Of a stretch of 64,000 bases of DNA, positions 31,118 through 42,186 are shown one piece after another. The notes under the pieces were generated by a model, which was not told where the DNA came from, ran no database searches, and saw only the letters and a program-made list of their open reading frames with translations. Both the position numbers and the translations under genes were made by a program. Within the stretch, counting starts at the first letter, position 1. Each line of letters starts with the position of its first letter. This DNA comes from Cyanophyceae cyanobacterium (GTDB taxonomy: Bacteria > Cyanobacteriota > Cyanobacteriia > Cyanobacteriales > Laspinemataceae), in assembly GCA_038321985.1 (NCBI GenBank), contig JBBQFN010000001.1, positions 288,001 through 352,000 on the forward strand. The letters run 5' to 3'.

Positions 31118-31672
31118 GATTGATGGCGGCGAATTTAGGGTACGGGATAAGGCAACCAGCTCAGGGAAGCCAGCAATACAGTCCAGACTTTCTCTTTTAC
31201 CATAAAAGTTAATGGCATAATCGTAGATCTGCCCGATTGGTGCGGATTTTTCTTTTGCTCTTGTTTGCCTGAGTTCGCTAGACTGGAGGGTAAAATCTCT
31301 AAAGGCAAACAAGACTGTATTCAAATGAAGGATTCAGAAGGTACCTAGTGATAAAGGGTATAGAACAGTCCCGCGCTAGGTTCCAGCATCCTCATTGTGA
31401 GGCACTATACTTTTGTAGAGAAAGGGTGAGCGCTAGAATATCAGCAGCCTTTAGGTTAAAAAACGGCGATCGCAATGATGTTGGGGGGGAATATTTTGGG
31501 GTCAGATCATTTATTAACGCCCACATTTAAAGTGGGTGTTGAATTAATAGGAATTTAAGCGGGTTAAGTGACTCCTGTACACCACCCTAATCATATCCCA
31601 ATTTAGCCTTTTTACACAGGGAGGATTTTATCCTTTAAAATTTAAGAGATAAACCCTCAAATTCCAAAAGCA

Positions 31673-31933
31673 ATGTCGAAAGAATTCGCCCTAGGCGATC
31701 TCGTGCGGGTTATCGCCTTACCCGCCTACCTCAAAACCGCTGAATCAATGCCCATGCTTCGTCCACCCAATGCAGTCGGCCTCGGAGAAGAAGGGACAAT
31801 CCTCGATCACAAACCCGGGGGATATTGGAGCGTCCGCTTTAAAAAAGGGGCGTTTCTAATGGAAAGTCACTATATCGAAGCCGTACAGGATACCCGTAAA
31901 AATTCTGAAGAAGGAACCGCCGAAAACGAATGA
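31673..31933 (+). CDS. sipA: NblS-interacting protein A (DUF3148)
   Basis: YLKTAESMPMLRPP...GEEG...WSVRFKKGAFL. Confidence 0.88.
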   Translation: MSKEFALGDLVRVIALPAYLKTAESMPMLRPPNAVGLGEEGTILDHKPGGYWSVRFKKGAFLMESHYIEAVQDTRKNSEEGTAENE

Positions 31934-32829
31934 GTACCCGTTCAGCTTGCTTAATTTTTAATCCTTGTTCCGGGAACGGCAATCCCGAGACAGAACTGAA
32001 ACAAATTTTTTCAATTTTAGAGCCCGAAATTGAACTAGATATCCGCTATACTACATCGGATATCGATCCGAGTCAACTGGCTCACGAAGCGATTGCCCGA
32101 GGGGTGGATTTAGTGATTGCATCCGGTGGCGATGGCACGGTTTCGGCGGTAGCTGAAGCCTTAATTCATACCGAAATTCCCTTAGGCGTGATTCCCCGAG
32201 GGACTGCTAATGCCTTTGCGACTGCTTTAGGAATTCCGACCAACATACCCGACGCTTGTCAAACGATTTTACAGGGTTTAGTCCGGGCGATCGATGCCGC
32301 GACTTGCAACGGGAAACCGACCATTTTATTAACAGGAATTGGCTGGGAAGCTGAAACCGTTGAACAAGCCGATCGCGAGTTTAAAAACTGGTTTGGAGTC
32401 ATGGCATATTTGGTAGCCGGAATCGAAAAACTCTGGGAGATGAAGTCGTTTCAAGTCGAGGTCGAAATCGAGGGAGAAATCACCATGCTCCGAGCGATCG
32501 CTGTCACCGTTGCCAATGCTGCGCCCCCGACTTCAGTCCTCGCCCAAGGACCTGGAGGAGTCATTCCTGATGATGGATTGCTTGATGTCACGATTTTGTC
32601 TACCCAGACTGAATTCAGCACCTTGCAAGCGGTTTCCAGCTTGATGACAGGAGCCTTACGAGGAACTGCTTCTCAACACAACGATGTATTGTACCTGCGA
32701 ACTAATCGGATTAAAGTTAACACGAATCCCCCCCAAAAAGTGACCGTTGATGGGGAATTAAGAGGGACTACTCCAGTAGAACTCGAATGTCTTCCCTTGA
32801 GTCTAAATGTCATGGTTTCTGAAATATAG
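31930..32829 (+). CDS. YegS/BmrU family lipid (diacylglycerol) kinase
   Basis: IFNPCSG, ASGGDGTV, IPRGTANAFA, DDGLLDV, VDGE. Confidence 0.92.
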   Translation: MSTRSACLIFNPCSGNGNPETELKQIFSILEPEIELDIRYTTSDIDPSQLAHEAIARGVDLVIASGGDGTVSAVAEALIHTEIPLGVIPRGTANAFATALGIPTNIPDACQTILQGLVRAIDAATCNGKPTILLTGIGWEAETVEQADREFKNWFGVMAYLVAGIEKLWEMKSFQVEVEIEGEITMLRAIAVTVANAAPPTSVLAQGPGGVIPDDGLLDVTILSTQTEFSTLQAVSSLMTGALRGTASQHNDVLYLRTNRIKVNTNPPQKVTVDGELRGTTPVELECLPLSLNVMVSEI

Positions 32830-32920
32830 TCTAGGGCATTGATTCAAAGTCAAAACAGCCTGTTTTCTTTAACCAAGCCCTGCCCGTTCTAGGCAAGATA
32901 AATGGCCTAAATAATTCTTG

Positions 32921-32950
32921 AAAGGAGCGGAAGTATCTCGCTCCTTTTTT
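32921..32950 (+). terminator. Intrinsic terminator
   Basis: AAAGGAGCG-GAAGTATCT-CGCTCCTTTTTT. Confidence 0.7.
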
Positions 32951-33435
32951 ATAATTAAATTTCGTTTCTAGATTAGATTAGTTCTTTTCATTAGATGATT
33001 AATCGCCCCAACGCCCTTAGAAAGGATAATCGACTTTCTACTAATATGTAGCCAGAGGTCTATTAAGTCTTGCTCCCTGATTATTGTAGGAGTAAACAGC
33101 CGAATGCTTCTATTGTTCTACCTATTTCACCCCGGATTTAGACGCACTATATTATACTTTTATGTTAGGGTTCAGAGTTTTATAACTGTTCCCAGTGAAC
33201 TGATATTTTCTAAAAAATTCCCCCCAAATAGGCGATCGCCTGCTTAGAAAAAAGCCTTAACTGTAAACAACCTAGAACATTTAGTGGCGACTCCCTCTAA
33301 AGGTGGTATGATAAGGTGCAGTAGTCGTTGCCATTTCCTCCAAGCCGATATTTAAATGTTATATTTGCCCAAACCGAAATGGAACCCTACTTACGCTCAA
33401 AAGTCCCTAATCGTGAGTCTGACATCTAAACCTTC

Positions 33436-33984
33436 GTGATTGCAATTTATCCGGGCAGCTTCGATCCGATTACCCTAGGTCACCTCGACATCATAGAGCG
33501 AGGCTGTAAGCTGTTCGATAACGTGATTGTGGCGGTGGTAATCAACCCAAACAAAACCCCACTATTTACGGTGCAAGAACGTTTAGAGCAAATTCGCCTG
33601 GCTACCCCCCATTTGTCTAATTTAGAAATAGACTGTTTTGAGGGCTTGACGGTGAACTATGCTCGGATCCGAGGGGCGGGCGTCCTGTTAAGGGGACTGC
33701 GAGTGCTCTCCGACTTTGAGCTAGAACTCCAGATGGCTCATACTAACAAAACCCTAGCCCCTGAAGTCGAGACCGTTTTTTTAGCAACTTCTAACGAATA
33801 CAGCTTTTTAAGCAGTAGTGTAGTAAAGGAAGTTGCCCGATTCGGCGGCTCCATCGACCATCTTGTTCCCCAGCACGTTGCGCTTGATATCTACCGATGT
33901 TACGCCAAAACACAGCCCGGATTGACCCAGACGACAGATCGAGTCTCCCAGATGAATCTCCCGAGCATGAGCAGGGACTCCTAG
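33436..33984 (+). CDS. coaD: Phosphopantetheine adenylyltransferase
   Basis: [29 protein letters not shown]. Confidence 0.96.
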   Translation: MIAIYPGSFDPITLGHLDIIERGCKLFDNVIVAVVINPNKTPLFTVQERLEQIRLATPHLSNLEIDCFEGLTVNYARIRGAGVLLRGLRVLSDFELELQMAHTNKTLAPEVETVFLATSNEYSFLSSSVVKEVARFGGSIDHLVPQHVALDIYRCYAKTQPGLTQTTDRVSQMNLPSMSRDS

Positions 33985-34529
33985 ATATCCAGCGGGAACT
34001 AAACCGACTGGAGGAGATGATTCTTGAAAGTCCGCGCATCCCGTTCACGGGAAGGACCTTGGTTGAGGAGGAGCAGTTGCTAGAGCAGCTCGATCTACTG
34101 CGGCTGAATTTACCGACTGCCTTTGAGGAAGTAGAGGAAATCATCCGCCACAAAGACGAAATCATTCTCCAAGCCGAACAATACGCCCAGGAAATTTTGG
34201 AAGCCGCAGAGGAAAGGGCGGCCCAGATTCTCGATGAAATGGGAATTGTCCGACAGGCAAAGTTGGAATCGGATCATCTGCGACAACAAGTCCAGATTGA
34301 TTGTGAATCCGCCCAGGAACAGACGATCTCGGAAATCGAACGGTTGCGACGGCAAGCGTTAGAGGATCTTGAAGAAATGAGGGCCCGGGGGATCTCTGAG
34401 GCAGAAGCTATTGAAAAAGGGGCGGATGATTATGCCGATCGCGTCCTCTACAACCTGGAAAATCAACTCTCGGAAATGTTGCGCGTCATTCGTAACGGCA
34501 GATCGCAACTGGATCCTGACGGCAAGTAA
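33897..34529 (+). CDS. cdv3: DivIVA-like coiled-coil cell division protein (Cdv3)
   Basis: [15 protein letters not shown]...[10 protein letters not shown]; overlaps the end of coaD, as I recall for other cyanobacteria. Confidence 0.8.
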   Translation: MLRQNTARIDPDDRSSLPDESPEHEQGLLDIQRELNRLEEMILESPRIPFTGRTLVEEEQLLEQLDLLRLNLPTAFEEVEEIIRHKDEIILQAEQYAQEILEAAEERAAQILDEMGIVRQAKLESDHLRQQVQIDCESAQEQTISEIERLRRQALEDLEEMRARGISEAEAIEKGADDYADRVLYNLENQLSEMLRVIRNGRSQLDPDGK

Positions 34530-34715
34530 ACCGCCCTTCTCTCATCAAACCACTCTCCCAGGGGAAAGCCGATGTCCTTGACCCCTGTTGAATTAGCACT
34601 GGGGTCCAAGTGACCCTCAAGATTGCATGGATTGTCAAGGATTCACGACTGACGCACCCGAACCCAAGCACCGGGTTTCTCCCCTTTCTAGCTGTCATCT
34701 TTTATCCTTCCCTTC

Positions 34716-36197
34716 ATGGTTTCGGAAAAATTTCGCCGCCAATTACGGACCCTAGCTCGGAAATGGACGATGGAGGGCTTGATTTCTGAGGATCAGTATC
34801 AAGAATTGTCCAGTCGCTATCAATTTGAAAGTCTCGACACCCAGGACCAAAATCGGTTCATTGCCATTTTGCTGGGGGTCGGAACACTCTTGATGAGTAT
34901 CGGTGCGATCGCCCTGGTGCAGGCGAATTGGGATCTCTGGTCCCGGGAAATTAAAACCTCCGTCCTCCTGGGAATCTTTATTGCGGTGAATCTGTGCGCT
35001 TTCTATTTGTGGCTGAATCCCCTCGGGGGTGAAGCCAAGGTATCCCCTAGGGAATCCCCTCGTTTCCCCGGATGGCAAACCCGCGCCGGAAACGGATTAT
35101 TCTTCCTCAGTTCCCTTCTCCTAGGCTTAAACATGACTCTGATCGGGGAAATATTCCTCATGAGTCCCTCCCTGGGAGAATTTTGGTTAATTTGGGGGTT
35201 GGCTATCCTCGTGATGGCCTACAGCTTGCGTTTGACCGGCTGTGGCATTTTAGCAACCCTGCTGATTGGCGGGGGATACTGGCCCGGTTTATCTCAGGTG
35301 TATGGGGGAGACGGGTTATTTTGGATTCGGACGGTGGTGCTGCATCTGCCCTTAGTAGCGGCCTTTGGGTTACTGCCCTTAGCCTACTGGTGCCGATCGC
35401 GCTGGATTTTTGGATTGGCGACCCTGGTTCTGATTCAGTCTTTGGAAGTCAATCTGGTAGTGGGGTTCAGTCTGCTGAATGTTCCCAATCATTGGATGTT
35501 GGCGATCGCCTCCGCCCTACCCCCGACCTTACTCTGGAGTTATAATGATGAACCCTGGCAAGTAGCTTCCTTGTTTGATCGCGCTACAGATATCCCCCGC
35601 TTTAGACCCATCGCCCGCAGCTTTGCCCTAATCTTTCTGTGCGTCTCCTTTTACTTGATTTCCTTCCATTGGTTTTGGTCCTCGGGTTCCGAAATCGCCC
35701 CTTGGAACCCCACCACCGCCGAAATTCCCCTCCAGCAAGGATTTGCCTATCTCCTGGATGTACTAATTGTACTTGGGGGATGGTTGGCCTTAGAGTGGCG
35801 TTTTATTAACCCTGCGGACAACTTACGCCCTCTCTCGCCCACAGATACACGGTTGAATCATGCAGTCGCCCTAGCCATTGCGATCGCCACCGGGATGCTA
35901 TTTTGGCATTTTGGGATCCAGTCCCTCCCCCTACTTGGCCCCTTGATTTTTAACATCCTGTTGTTTTTGTTAGCATACGGGTTAATGCGTCATGGGCTCA
36001 CCCAAGGCGATCGGCGGATTTTTTGGTGGGGTACTCTCTTATTAACCCTGCAAATTCTCACCCGAGTCTTGGAATATGAAACCGACTTAATATTAAAATC
36101 TATACTCTTCGTTTTCTGCGGAATTGGCACAATTGCCATTGGATTAAGCGTAGGCTGCGCAATTAAACCCGTTGAAAATGAAGACCCAAGCCCGTAA
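34716..36197 (+). CDS. DUF2157 multi-pass membrane protein
   Basis: FRRQLR...WTMEGLIS...Y N-terminus, ANW, many TM helices. Confidence 0.85.
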   Translation: MVSEKFRRQLRTLARKWTMEGLISEDQYQELSSRYQFESLDTQDQNRFIAILLGVGTLLMSIGAIALVQANWDLWSREIKTSVLLGIFIAVNLCAFYLWLNPLGGEAKVSPRESPRFPGWQTRAGNGLFFLSSLLLGLNMTLIGEIFLMSPSLGEFWLIWGLAILVMAYSLRLTGCGILATLLIGGGYWPGLSQVYGGDGLFWIRTVVLHLPLVAAFGLLPLAYWCRSRWIFGLATLVLIQSLEVNLVVGFSLLNVPNHWMLAIASALPPTLLWSYNDEPWQVASLFDRATDIPRFRPIARSFALIFLCVSFYLISFHWFWSSGSEIAPWNPTTAEIPLQQGFAYLLDVLIVLGGWLALEWRFINPADNLRPLSPTDTRLNHAVALAIAIATGMLFWHFGIQSLPLLGPLIFNILLFLLAYGLMRHGLTQGDRRIFWWGTLLLTLQILTRVLEYETDLILKSILFVFCGIGTIAIGLSVGCAIKPVENEDPSP

Positions 36198-36527
36198 GGT
36201 TGGCCTTTTATTGTTCGAGAGAAGGATTGAGACATTCCCGTTGGGAATGGGATTAAAAATAATCTTTTGGTATCCCTTCTAACTCCCTCCCTTGCTGAGG
36301 CTGACCTGTCTCTATTTTTTACAAATAGCGGGATTAAGTAACACTGAATCCACCTTTGGTCCCCTCCCCCAAACCTCAAGGATGGCGATCAGACTCCCAA
36401 AATTGAAAAATTTACGCAGTAAGAGTTACAGCGTTTTTTTTGAAAATCCTAGGGGGATCAGGGTTAGGGGAGTTCGTTCCAATATATGCAAATTGTGCAA
36501 AAATATAGACACCCTTTTCTAGTAAAA

Positions 36528-37187
36528 ATGAAACCCAGTTTAGTTTTCGGTCGATTTTTAATCCCCCTGCTGATTCAAACTGCTGCTATGCTAACGGTGG
36601 CATTTCCCGCAGTTCAGACGGAATGGGAAGGTCAATTAGTGACCTTAGAAACCGAACCTGTAAATTTGAGTAAGTTTATCAGAAATTCTTCCAATCGTGT
36701 GAGTTATAATATTTCTAACTTCAAAAAATTAGAAGAGATTCCCGGGTGGAAAGAACTGCCAGGAACCCCCCTGCCTTGTCCTAAAAATAACCAAACCCGA
36801 AATCGAAAGAATCGTTGTAACCCGGATTCAAAATTGTTAGACCCCGATTTGGCCCTCTATGCAATTTTGGAACCGCCAAAAACTGAAAAGACTGGGGAAG
36901 TACCCACGTCTTGGGTAGCGGTTGGGTTGAGTGGCGATCGCCCTACGGAATTAGGGAAAAATCAAGTGATGATTAAGGGTAAATCTTTGGAAGACAGGGT
37001 GGAGTATGACGGAGAAAAATTTTACCTGATGCGATCGCAACGGAAGGAACTTCTAGAAAACCTTGATTTGACTCAAAAAGAGGAAAAACTAGAAACCTTA
37101 GTGATCCAACTCAAAGTAAATAAGCGAGGAAATGCCGTCCCGGTTAATTTGTGGGTAGGCGATCGCAACTATTCCCTCTCAAATTGA
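36528..37187 (+). CDS. GDYXXLXY-domain-like membrane-anchored protein (degenerate motif)
   Basis: PLLIQ, VTLETEPV...VSYNIS, VNKRGNAV; usual neighbour of DUF2157. Confidence 0.7.
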   Translation: MKPSLVFGRFLIPLLIQTAAMLTVAFPAVQTEWEGQLVTLETEPVNLSKFIRNSSNRVSYNISNFKKLEEIPGWKELPGTPLPCPKNNQTRNRKNRCNPDSKLLDPDLALYAILEPPKTEKTGEVPTSWVAVGLSGDRPTELGKNQVMIKGKSLEDRVEYDGEKFYLMRSQRKELLENLDLTQKEEKLETLVIQLKVNKRGNAVPVNLWVGDRNYSLSN

Positions 37188-37217
37188 ATCAAAGCCATCA
37201 TAGTTAACGAGTAGGAT

Positions 37218-37745
37218 ATGAAGAATTTAGCCCGGTTTATCGTAACGAGTCTCGGTGTATTTTTATTGGGATGTGCACCCTCGGGGTTACCCCCCTCTGC
37301 CGACGCCCAAGCGAATGGGGAGGGTGTTTCCTCCTCACCTATGGTCCAAATAGAGAGGGGACAAGAATTGCCAATTACAGCACAAGCAAAAATCGGCGAT
37401 CGCACCATTGATTTAGAAGTTCCAAACACGCCACAACAGCAGGCAATCGGACTCATGTATCGAAGTGCGATCGCACCGGATCGGGGGATGTTATTTCCCT
37501 TTAATCCCCCCAGAACCGTGACGTTTTGGATGAAAAACGTTGAGATTCCCCTAGATATGATATTTTTGCGGGATGGAGAAGTCGTGGCGATCGCGGCCGA
37601 TGTTCCCCCCTGTACCACTGAACCTTGTCCCTTTTATGGGCCAGGAAATACCCCCATTGATCATGTACTCGAACTCGGTGGAGGACGGGCTGCGGAATTA
37701 GGGATACAAGTCGGGGATCAAATTGAGGTCGAGTTTTTACAATAA
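37218..37745 (+). CDS. DUF192 family lipoprotein
   Basis: LLGC lipobox; GLMYR...GMLF...FWMKNVEIPLDMIF, VLEL. Confidence 0.92.
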   Translation: MKNLARFIVTSLGVFLLGCAPSGLPPSADAQANGEGVSSSPMVQIERGQELPITAQAKIGDRTIDLEVPNTPQQQAIGLMYRSAIAPDRGMLFPFNPPRTVTFWMKNVEIPLDMIFLRDGEVVAIAADVPPCTTEPCPFYGPGNTPIDHVLELGGGRAAELGIQVGDQIEVEFLQ

Positions 37746-37877
37746 CCGAATCGCACAATTGTCTTAAACCGATGGGCATTGAGAAGGGGGGGTAGGCGGA
37801 TCGATCCGGTATTTTACCCGAAGTCCAATAACCCATAAGACAGGGCACTGCCCTGTCCTTTATTATCACTCTAATCC

Positions 37878-37972
37878 TACCCAATCCGGTTGTCAAAGAC
37901 CTATTTTCTCTCTACCTCCGCTTCGACTGCGGGGGTGTCACGTTTTATAGACTTCGAGAACCGGATAGAGTA
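37878..37972. mobile_element. Short MITE-like element of the same TIR family as 6958-7126
   Basis: Left TACCCAATCCGGTTGTCAAAGACCTATTTTC; right (rc) TACTCTATCCGGTTCTCGAAGTCTATAAAAC; REP-like GACAGGGCACTGCCCTGTC just upstream. Confidence 0.55.
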
Positions 37973-38254
37973 TTAGAGGAGGGTGAAGAACCGGGAAGCG
38001 ATTATGCCAACCAGTACGACTAAACCTAACGCCCGACGAAAGTAGTTAACACCCTCGAAAAGCTCTAGCCACGCCCAGGTAAACCAAGAACCGAAAGCGA
38101 TCGCGTCAAGCCCCGTATGGAAATTTCCAGTGGGAACAACAAACGTGAGTAGAGTGGCCGTAATTGCTACTATTATCGGCAGATTTGGGGGTTGAGCAAT
38201 AACAATATGGCCCTGGTTGTCTTTGAAAGTTTGATCGAATAAGCTAGTTTCCAT
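37973..38254 (-). CDS. Small conserved membrane protein
   Basis: FKDNQGHIVIAQPPN...WAWLELFEGVNYFRRALG; three TM segments. Confidence 0.8.
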   Translation of the reverse strand: METSLFDQTFKDNQGHIVIAQPPNLPIIVAITATLLTFVVPTGNFHTGLDAIAFGSWFTWAWLELFEGVNYFRRALGLVVLVGIIASRFFTLL

Positions 38255-38413
38255 GAATCCATCAATTAAAGTATTGTTCTGGCTCTAATTTTAATTTCCC
38301 CTTAGAGTTTTCATTCTCCTCCTTTAGGAGGTAATTTAATGAATTACCGGCTGACATAAGGAGGATTAACGCCGTTATGATATCGCCCCAGGCTCACGGG
38401 AAGGAGTGAAAGC

Positions 38414-38444
38414 AAAACCCTACACCCTGGAGAGTGTAGGGTTT
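38414..38444 (-). terminator. Probable terminator of the ABC1 kinase gene
   Basis: AAACCCTACAC/GTGTAGGGTTT stem. Confidence 0.6.
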
Positions 38445-38547
38445 CTTGGAGGTAGCATCCCTGTGGGGAGTGGATTAGAAACAACCCGGAAACCAGAGCA
38501 AGTGGGTACAGCGTCTGTAATTTTTCCCGTAGCTCACTTCTCACATT

Positions 38548-40200
38548 TTATCGGAGGCGACCCGATCGCAATATACTAATGATTAACCACAACCCAATTA
38601 GGCTGGCTGCGGCAAAAAGTATATCACTCAAATAATAGACACTGCTAAGCTGTGATTGAGAGGAAACCACCGCTGCCCCCATGATCAGGGAACCGACTAA
38701 GATGCTGAAGGAGAGACGGTTGGCGGAGGAATCTACCGTGCGGCGCAGGGCTTCTACATCCTTCATTCCGATGTTCCAAATCAAACTTTCCGAGGTTACC
38801 CGGTCTAATAAAACCTCGAATTGTCTAGGAGACTGCAAAGATAGATTTTTGATATCGAGGGCGGTTCGGAGTAATCCTTGTAATGGTGCTTCCCCAATTA
38901 ATTGCCGTCCGAATAAATCGGTCATTAAGGGTTTAATTTGGTCGGCAAAATTATACTCGGGGTCGAGATTACGGGCGATGCCCTCTAAATTAGCGATCGC
39001 CTTAGCACAAAGTCCCATATTTGACGGCATTCGCAACCGATTGGTTCGGGATACTTCCAGAACTTCATAAAACAGTTGGCTAAAACTTAGCTCAGAAAGG
39101 TTCATATTATAATAACGCCGCAGGAGGCGATCGTATGCACTTTCGAGATTAGCAACATTCACTGTCTTACTCGTCGCGCCTGCCATATCGATCGCCAGTT
39201 GGCTGCATCGTTGGGCGTCCAAATTTACCATCGCCAACAGCATTTCAATTAACAACTGTTGGGTGCGTGGGTCCATCCGCCCGACCATCCCACAATCAAT
39301 CAGTGCCACCCGCCCATCATTCAGATAAAATAAATTTCCAGGATGGGGGTCTGCATGGAAAAAGCCATCCAAACAAATCTGCTGAAAAAATACCCGCGTT
39401 AGCAGAGTGGCGATCGCCTTCCGTTGGGTAATATTATCCATTCCATCAATTCCGACATACTTTGCCAGCAAGATAGGGTCTCCTTCTACCCACTCCATGA
39501 CTAGCAATTTTTCCGTCGTTAAATTCCAATAAATCTCTGGAATCGCCACCTTTGTCGGGTCAAACCAGCGACTCTTAGCTAAATTGCGCCGGAGTTTATC
39601 CCCATTTGCCCCTTCTTCCGTAAAATTCAACTCCCCGCGTAAGGCGGTTCCAAACTCCTCAGCCAAGCCGACTAAATCGTAAGAGTCGCCAATCTCTGCT
39701 AAGGAGACCAATTCTGCCAACCCCGTCAACAAGGTAATATCTTGTTCGATAATCTTTTCCAGCCCGGGACGTTGAATTTTAACAGCGACTTCCTTGCCAT
39801 TTTTCAGGGTCGCCCGATGAGTTTGGGCGATCGAACCTGCGGCGACAGGTTCGGTATTCAGGGTAGCAAAGACATCCTCAATGGGTTGTCGCAACTGTTG
39901 ACGCAGGGTTACCTCCACATCTTCCCAGGGAACGGGAGGCACTTCTGCTTGTAATGCCGTTAGTTCATCAATATATCCTTGGGGTAAAAGGTCAGGACGG
40001 GTACTCAGCAATTGGCCTACTTTCACATAGACTGGCCCCAGGTCTACCAAAATGTTCCGCAGGACTGCCGGTGGAGGTAATCTCGGTTCGTCAGTTTTTC
40101 CACCTGTCAGCAAGCGTCTCATGTAGTCCCAACCATTACGCAGGACGACTTCAAAAATCTCCCGTTGACGGGCGCTAGATTGAGTAAGGTTTGACCACAT
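38548..40200 (-). CDS. ABC1/AarF/UbiB atypical kinase
   Basis: LGPVYVKVGQLLSTRPDL, AAGSIAQTH, VAVKIQRP, FFHADPHPGN, IDCGMVG; C-terminal TM helices. Confidence 0.93.
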   Translation of the reverse strand: MWSNLTQSSARQREIFEVVLRNGWDYMRRLLTGGKTDEPRLPPPAVLRNILVDLGPVYVKVGQLLSTRPDLLPQGYIDELTALQAEVPPVPWEDVEVTLRQQLRQPIEDVFATLNTEPVAAGSIAQTHRATLKNGKEVAVKIQRPGLEKIIEQDITLLTGLAELVSLAEIGDSYDLVGLAEEFGTALRGELNFTEEGANGDKLRRNLAKSRWFDPTKVAIPEIYWNLTTEKLLVMEWVEGDPILLAKYVGIDGMDNITQRKAIATLLTRVFFQQICLDGFFHADPHPGNLFYLNDGRVALIDCGMVGRMDPRTQQLLIEMLLAMVNLDAQRCSQLAIDMAGATSKTVNVANLESAYDRLLRRYYNMNLSELSFSQLFYEVLEVSRTNRLRMPSNMGLCAKAIANLEGIARNLDPEYNFADQIKPLMTDLFGRQLIGEAPLQGLLRTALDIKNLSLQSPRQFEVLLDRVTSESLIWNIGMKDVEALRRTVDSSANRLSFSILVGSLIMGAAVVSSQSQLSSVYYLSDILFAAASLIGLWLIISILRSGRLR

Positions 40201-40549
40201 TTGAACTCTCAACAATTAAAAGTAGGTTTTTAGAATAAGAAAGGGAAAAAATCAAGAATTCCACACCATTAACCCGGGGTATTCCTCTGTTCCATATTTC
40301 GGAACCCCTCCCTAACCCTGTGATACCCAATCCGGTTTTACCCAACCCATTCTTTCTCCCCCCAGGCAACACAAAGCACCTAGTTTTATACCTGTAGCCT
40401 TAGCCGGCATGGGTTCCGGGTTGTTCAAACCCCTGAAATATCAAGACCCACGGGAGGGGATCACAGGCGGAAATAGTCTGGTTTTGATGGAGGGGTTTAT
40501 CCTGAGATTTTTCCTTTTCTCTTCTTACTTTGGCTCGATTTTTTCGGTT

Positions 40550-40966
40550 TTACCCTTCTTTGTCATCTTCTTCGAGACGGATTGTATCTTCCTCTCCGAG
40601 AAATTCCCCGTTTTGCACTTCTATTAAGACGAGGGGGATGACGCCAGGGTTTTCGAGGCGATGGGCAGTACAGACCGGAACGTAGCTAGACTGGTTTTGA
40701 ATCAGCAGGGATTCATTCTCTCCACACACGATTTTGGCGGTACCGGAAACGACAATCCAATGCTCACTCCGGTGATAATGGATTTGGGTTTTCATCCGAT
40801 GTCCGGGTTTAACTTCGACCCGGGAGATGCGATACCGTTCCCCGTTTTCTAAGACGGTGACGGTTCCCCAAAATCTCTCTTCGGTATGCAGTCCCCCTTC
40901 AGCAGTCGCCTGGGGTTCAGACTGAGGTGCAGTGACGGTTTGGGTGGGGTTTTTGGTGTCTGTCAT
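40550..40966 (-). CDS. Stand-alone cupin, type II mannose-6-phosphate isomerase C-terminal domain
   Basis: RFWG, HYHRSEHWIVVSG, HRLENPG, IEVQNGEFLGEED. Confidence 0.9.
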   Translation of the reverse strand: MTDTKNPTQTVTAPQSEPQATAEGGLHTEERFWGTVTVLENGERYRISRVEVKPGHRMKTQIHYHRSEHWIVVSGTAKIVCGENESLLIQNQSSYVPVCTAHRLENPGVIPLVLIEVQNGEFLGEEDTIRLEEDDKEG

Positions 40967-41039
40967 CAGTTTGTATTTTTTAGAGATGAGAGTCAAAGGG
41001 ATTGAGAGAGGTTATATAAGCGATCGCCCGGGGGGGTGA

Positions 41040-42089
41040 TTATAATTCGGGGCTAAATCGCGGGTCTTCTTCCAACTGTTTGAGGACTTGTTTAATCTCC
41101 TGAGTGCGGTCTTTTTTGACAATTAGGGTTACATTGCGATCGCGCACAACGACGATATCCTCTAACCCAATTGTCACGATTCGCTCATCTTCGCTACTGG
41201 CATAGAGGATGGCACCGGTGGTGTCGAGTCCGATATGGTTTGCCAGTTCCACATTGGCGCAGTCGCCTTTTAGGAGTCGTTCTAAGGCATTCCAGTCGCC
41301 CAAATCATCCCACCCAAAGGAGGCGGGAATCACATACGCTAACTGGGTTTTTTCCATTAAGGCATAATCAATACTCTTTTTCGGGAGTTCAGCATAGGCA
41401 GCAACCCCTTTTTCCGCTAAGGGTTCAAAAATCTCTGGAGCATGGGTTTTTAGCTCCTCTATGACCACTCCAGCGCGAAAAATAAACATTCCGCTATTCC
41501 AGGTATAGCGACCCGTGGCGATAAATTCCTCGGCTTTCTCGCGATCGGGTTTTTCGGTGAACCGGCTAACGCGGTAGGCGTTTAATCCCTGATAGGGGGC
41601 GACTGCCTCGCCTTGTTCGATATAACCGTAGCCCGTTGAGGGTTCTGTGGGCTCAATTCCCAAAGTGACGATCGCCGGTTTTTCTTTCGCCAATTGACTC
41701 GCCGCCTCTAGGGTTTTACGATAGGCGTCCTCATCGGCAATCCAGTGATCGGCGGGGAAAAACCCGACAATCGCCTCGGGACCCTCCCGACGTTCAATTT
41801 CGATCGCCGCCCAAGCTACTGCGGGGGCCGTATCTCGTCCTTGGGGTTCAATCAGGATATTTCGTTCTGGGAGTTGGGGTAGCTGTTCCTTAATGCCCTC
41901 AGCAATTTGAGCATTGGTGACCACCCACAATCCCTCCCAACCTCCGGCGACTGCCAGGAGGCGATTGGCTGTAGCTTGGAGTAAACTGACTCCAGTGCCA
42001 TCTAAACTTAAAAACTGCTTGGGTCGCGATCGGCGACTCAGGGGCCAAAATCGTTCCCCTTTCCCCCCAGCCAGAATTACGGGTATCAT
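41040..42089 (-). CDS. manC: Mannose-1-phosphate guanylyltransferase
   Basis: PVILAGGKGERFWPLSRRSRPKQFL, FTEKP, WNSGMF, SIDYALMEK, WDDLG. Confidence 0.93.
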   Translation of the reverse strand: MIPVILAGGKGERFWPLSRRSRPKQFLSLDGTGVSLLQATANRLLAVAGGWEGLWVVTNAQIAEGIKEQLPQLPERNILIEPQGRDTAPAVAWAAIEIERREGPEAIVGFFPADHWIADEDAYRKTLEAASQLAKEKPAIVTLGIEPTEPSTGYGYIEQGEAVAPYQGLNAYRVSRFTEKPDREKAEEFIATGRYTWNSGMFIFRAGVVIEELKTHAPEIFEPLAEKGVAAYAELPKKSIDYALMEKTQLAYVIPASFGWDDLGDWNALERLLKGDCANVELANHIGLDTTGAILYASSEDERIVTIGLEDIVVVRDRNVTLIVKKDRTQEIKQVLKQLEEDPRFSPEL

Positions 42090-42186
42090 GGACAATTTTT
42101 CTTAACGGTTAATGAGTTGGCTTTATTATAACCGCTGAGGCTGGGGGCTTTCCCAAGGGAGTGCAGATGTTCTAGATTGCCGCAGA

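Noticed and set aside
31118..31324. N-terminal extension of CheR as a CheB remnant
   Set aside because: No CheB motifs (GASAGG, HL, TG) in the translation; likely an upstream in-frame extension
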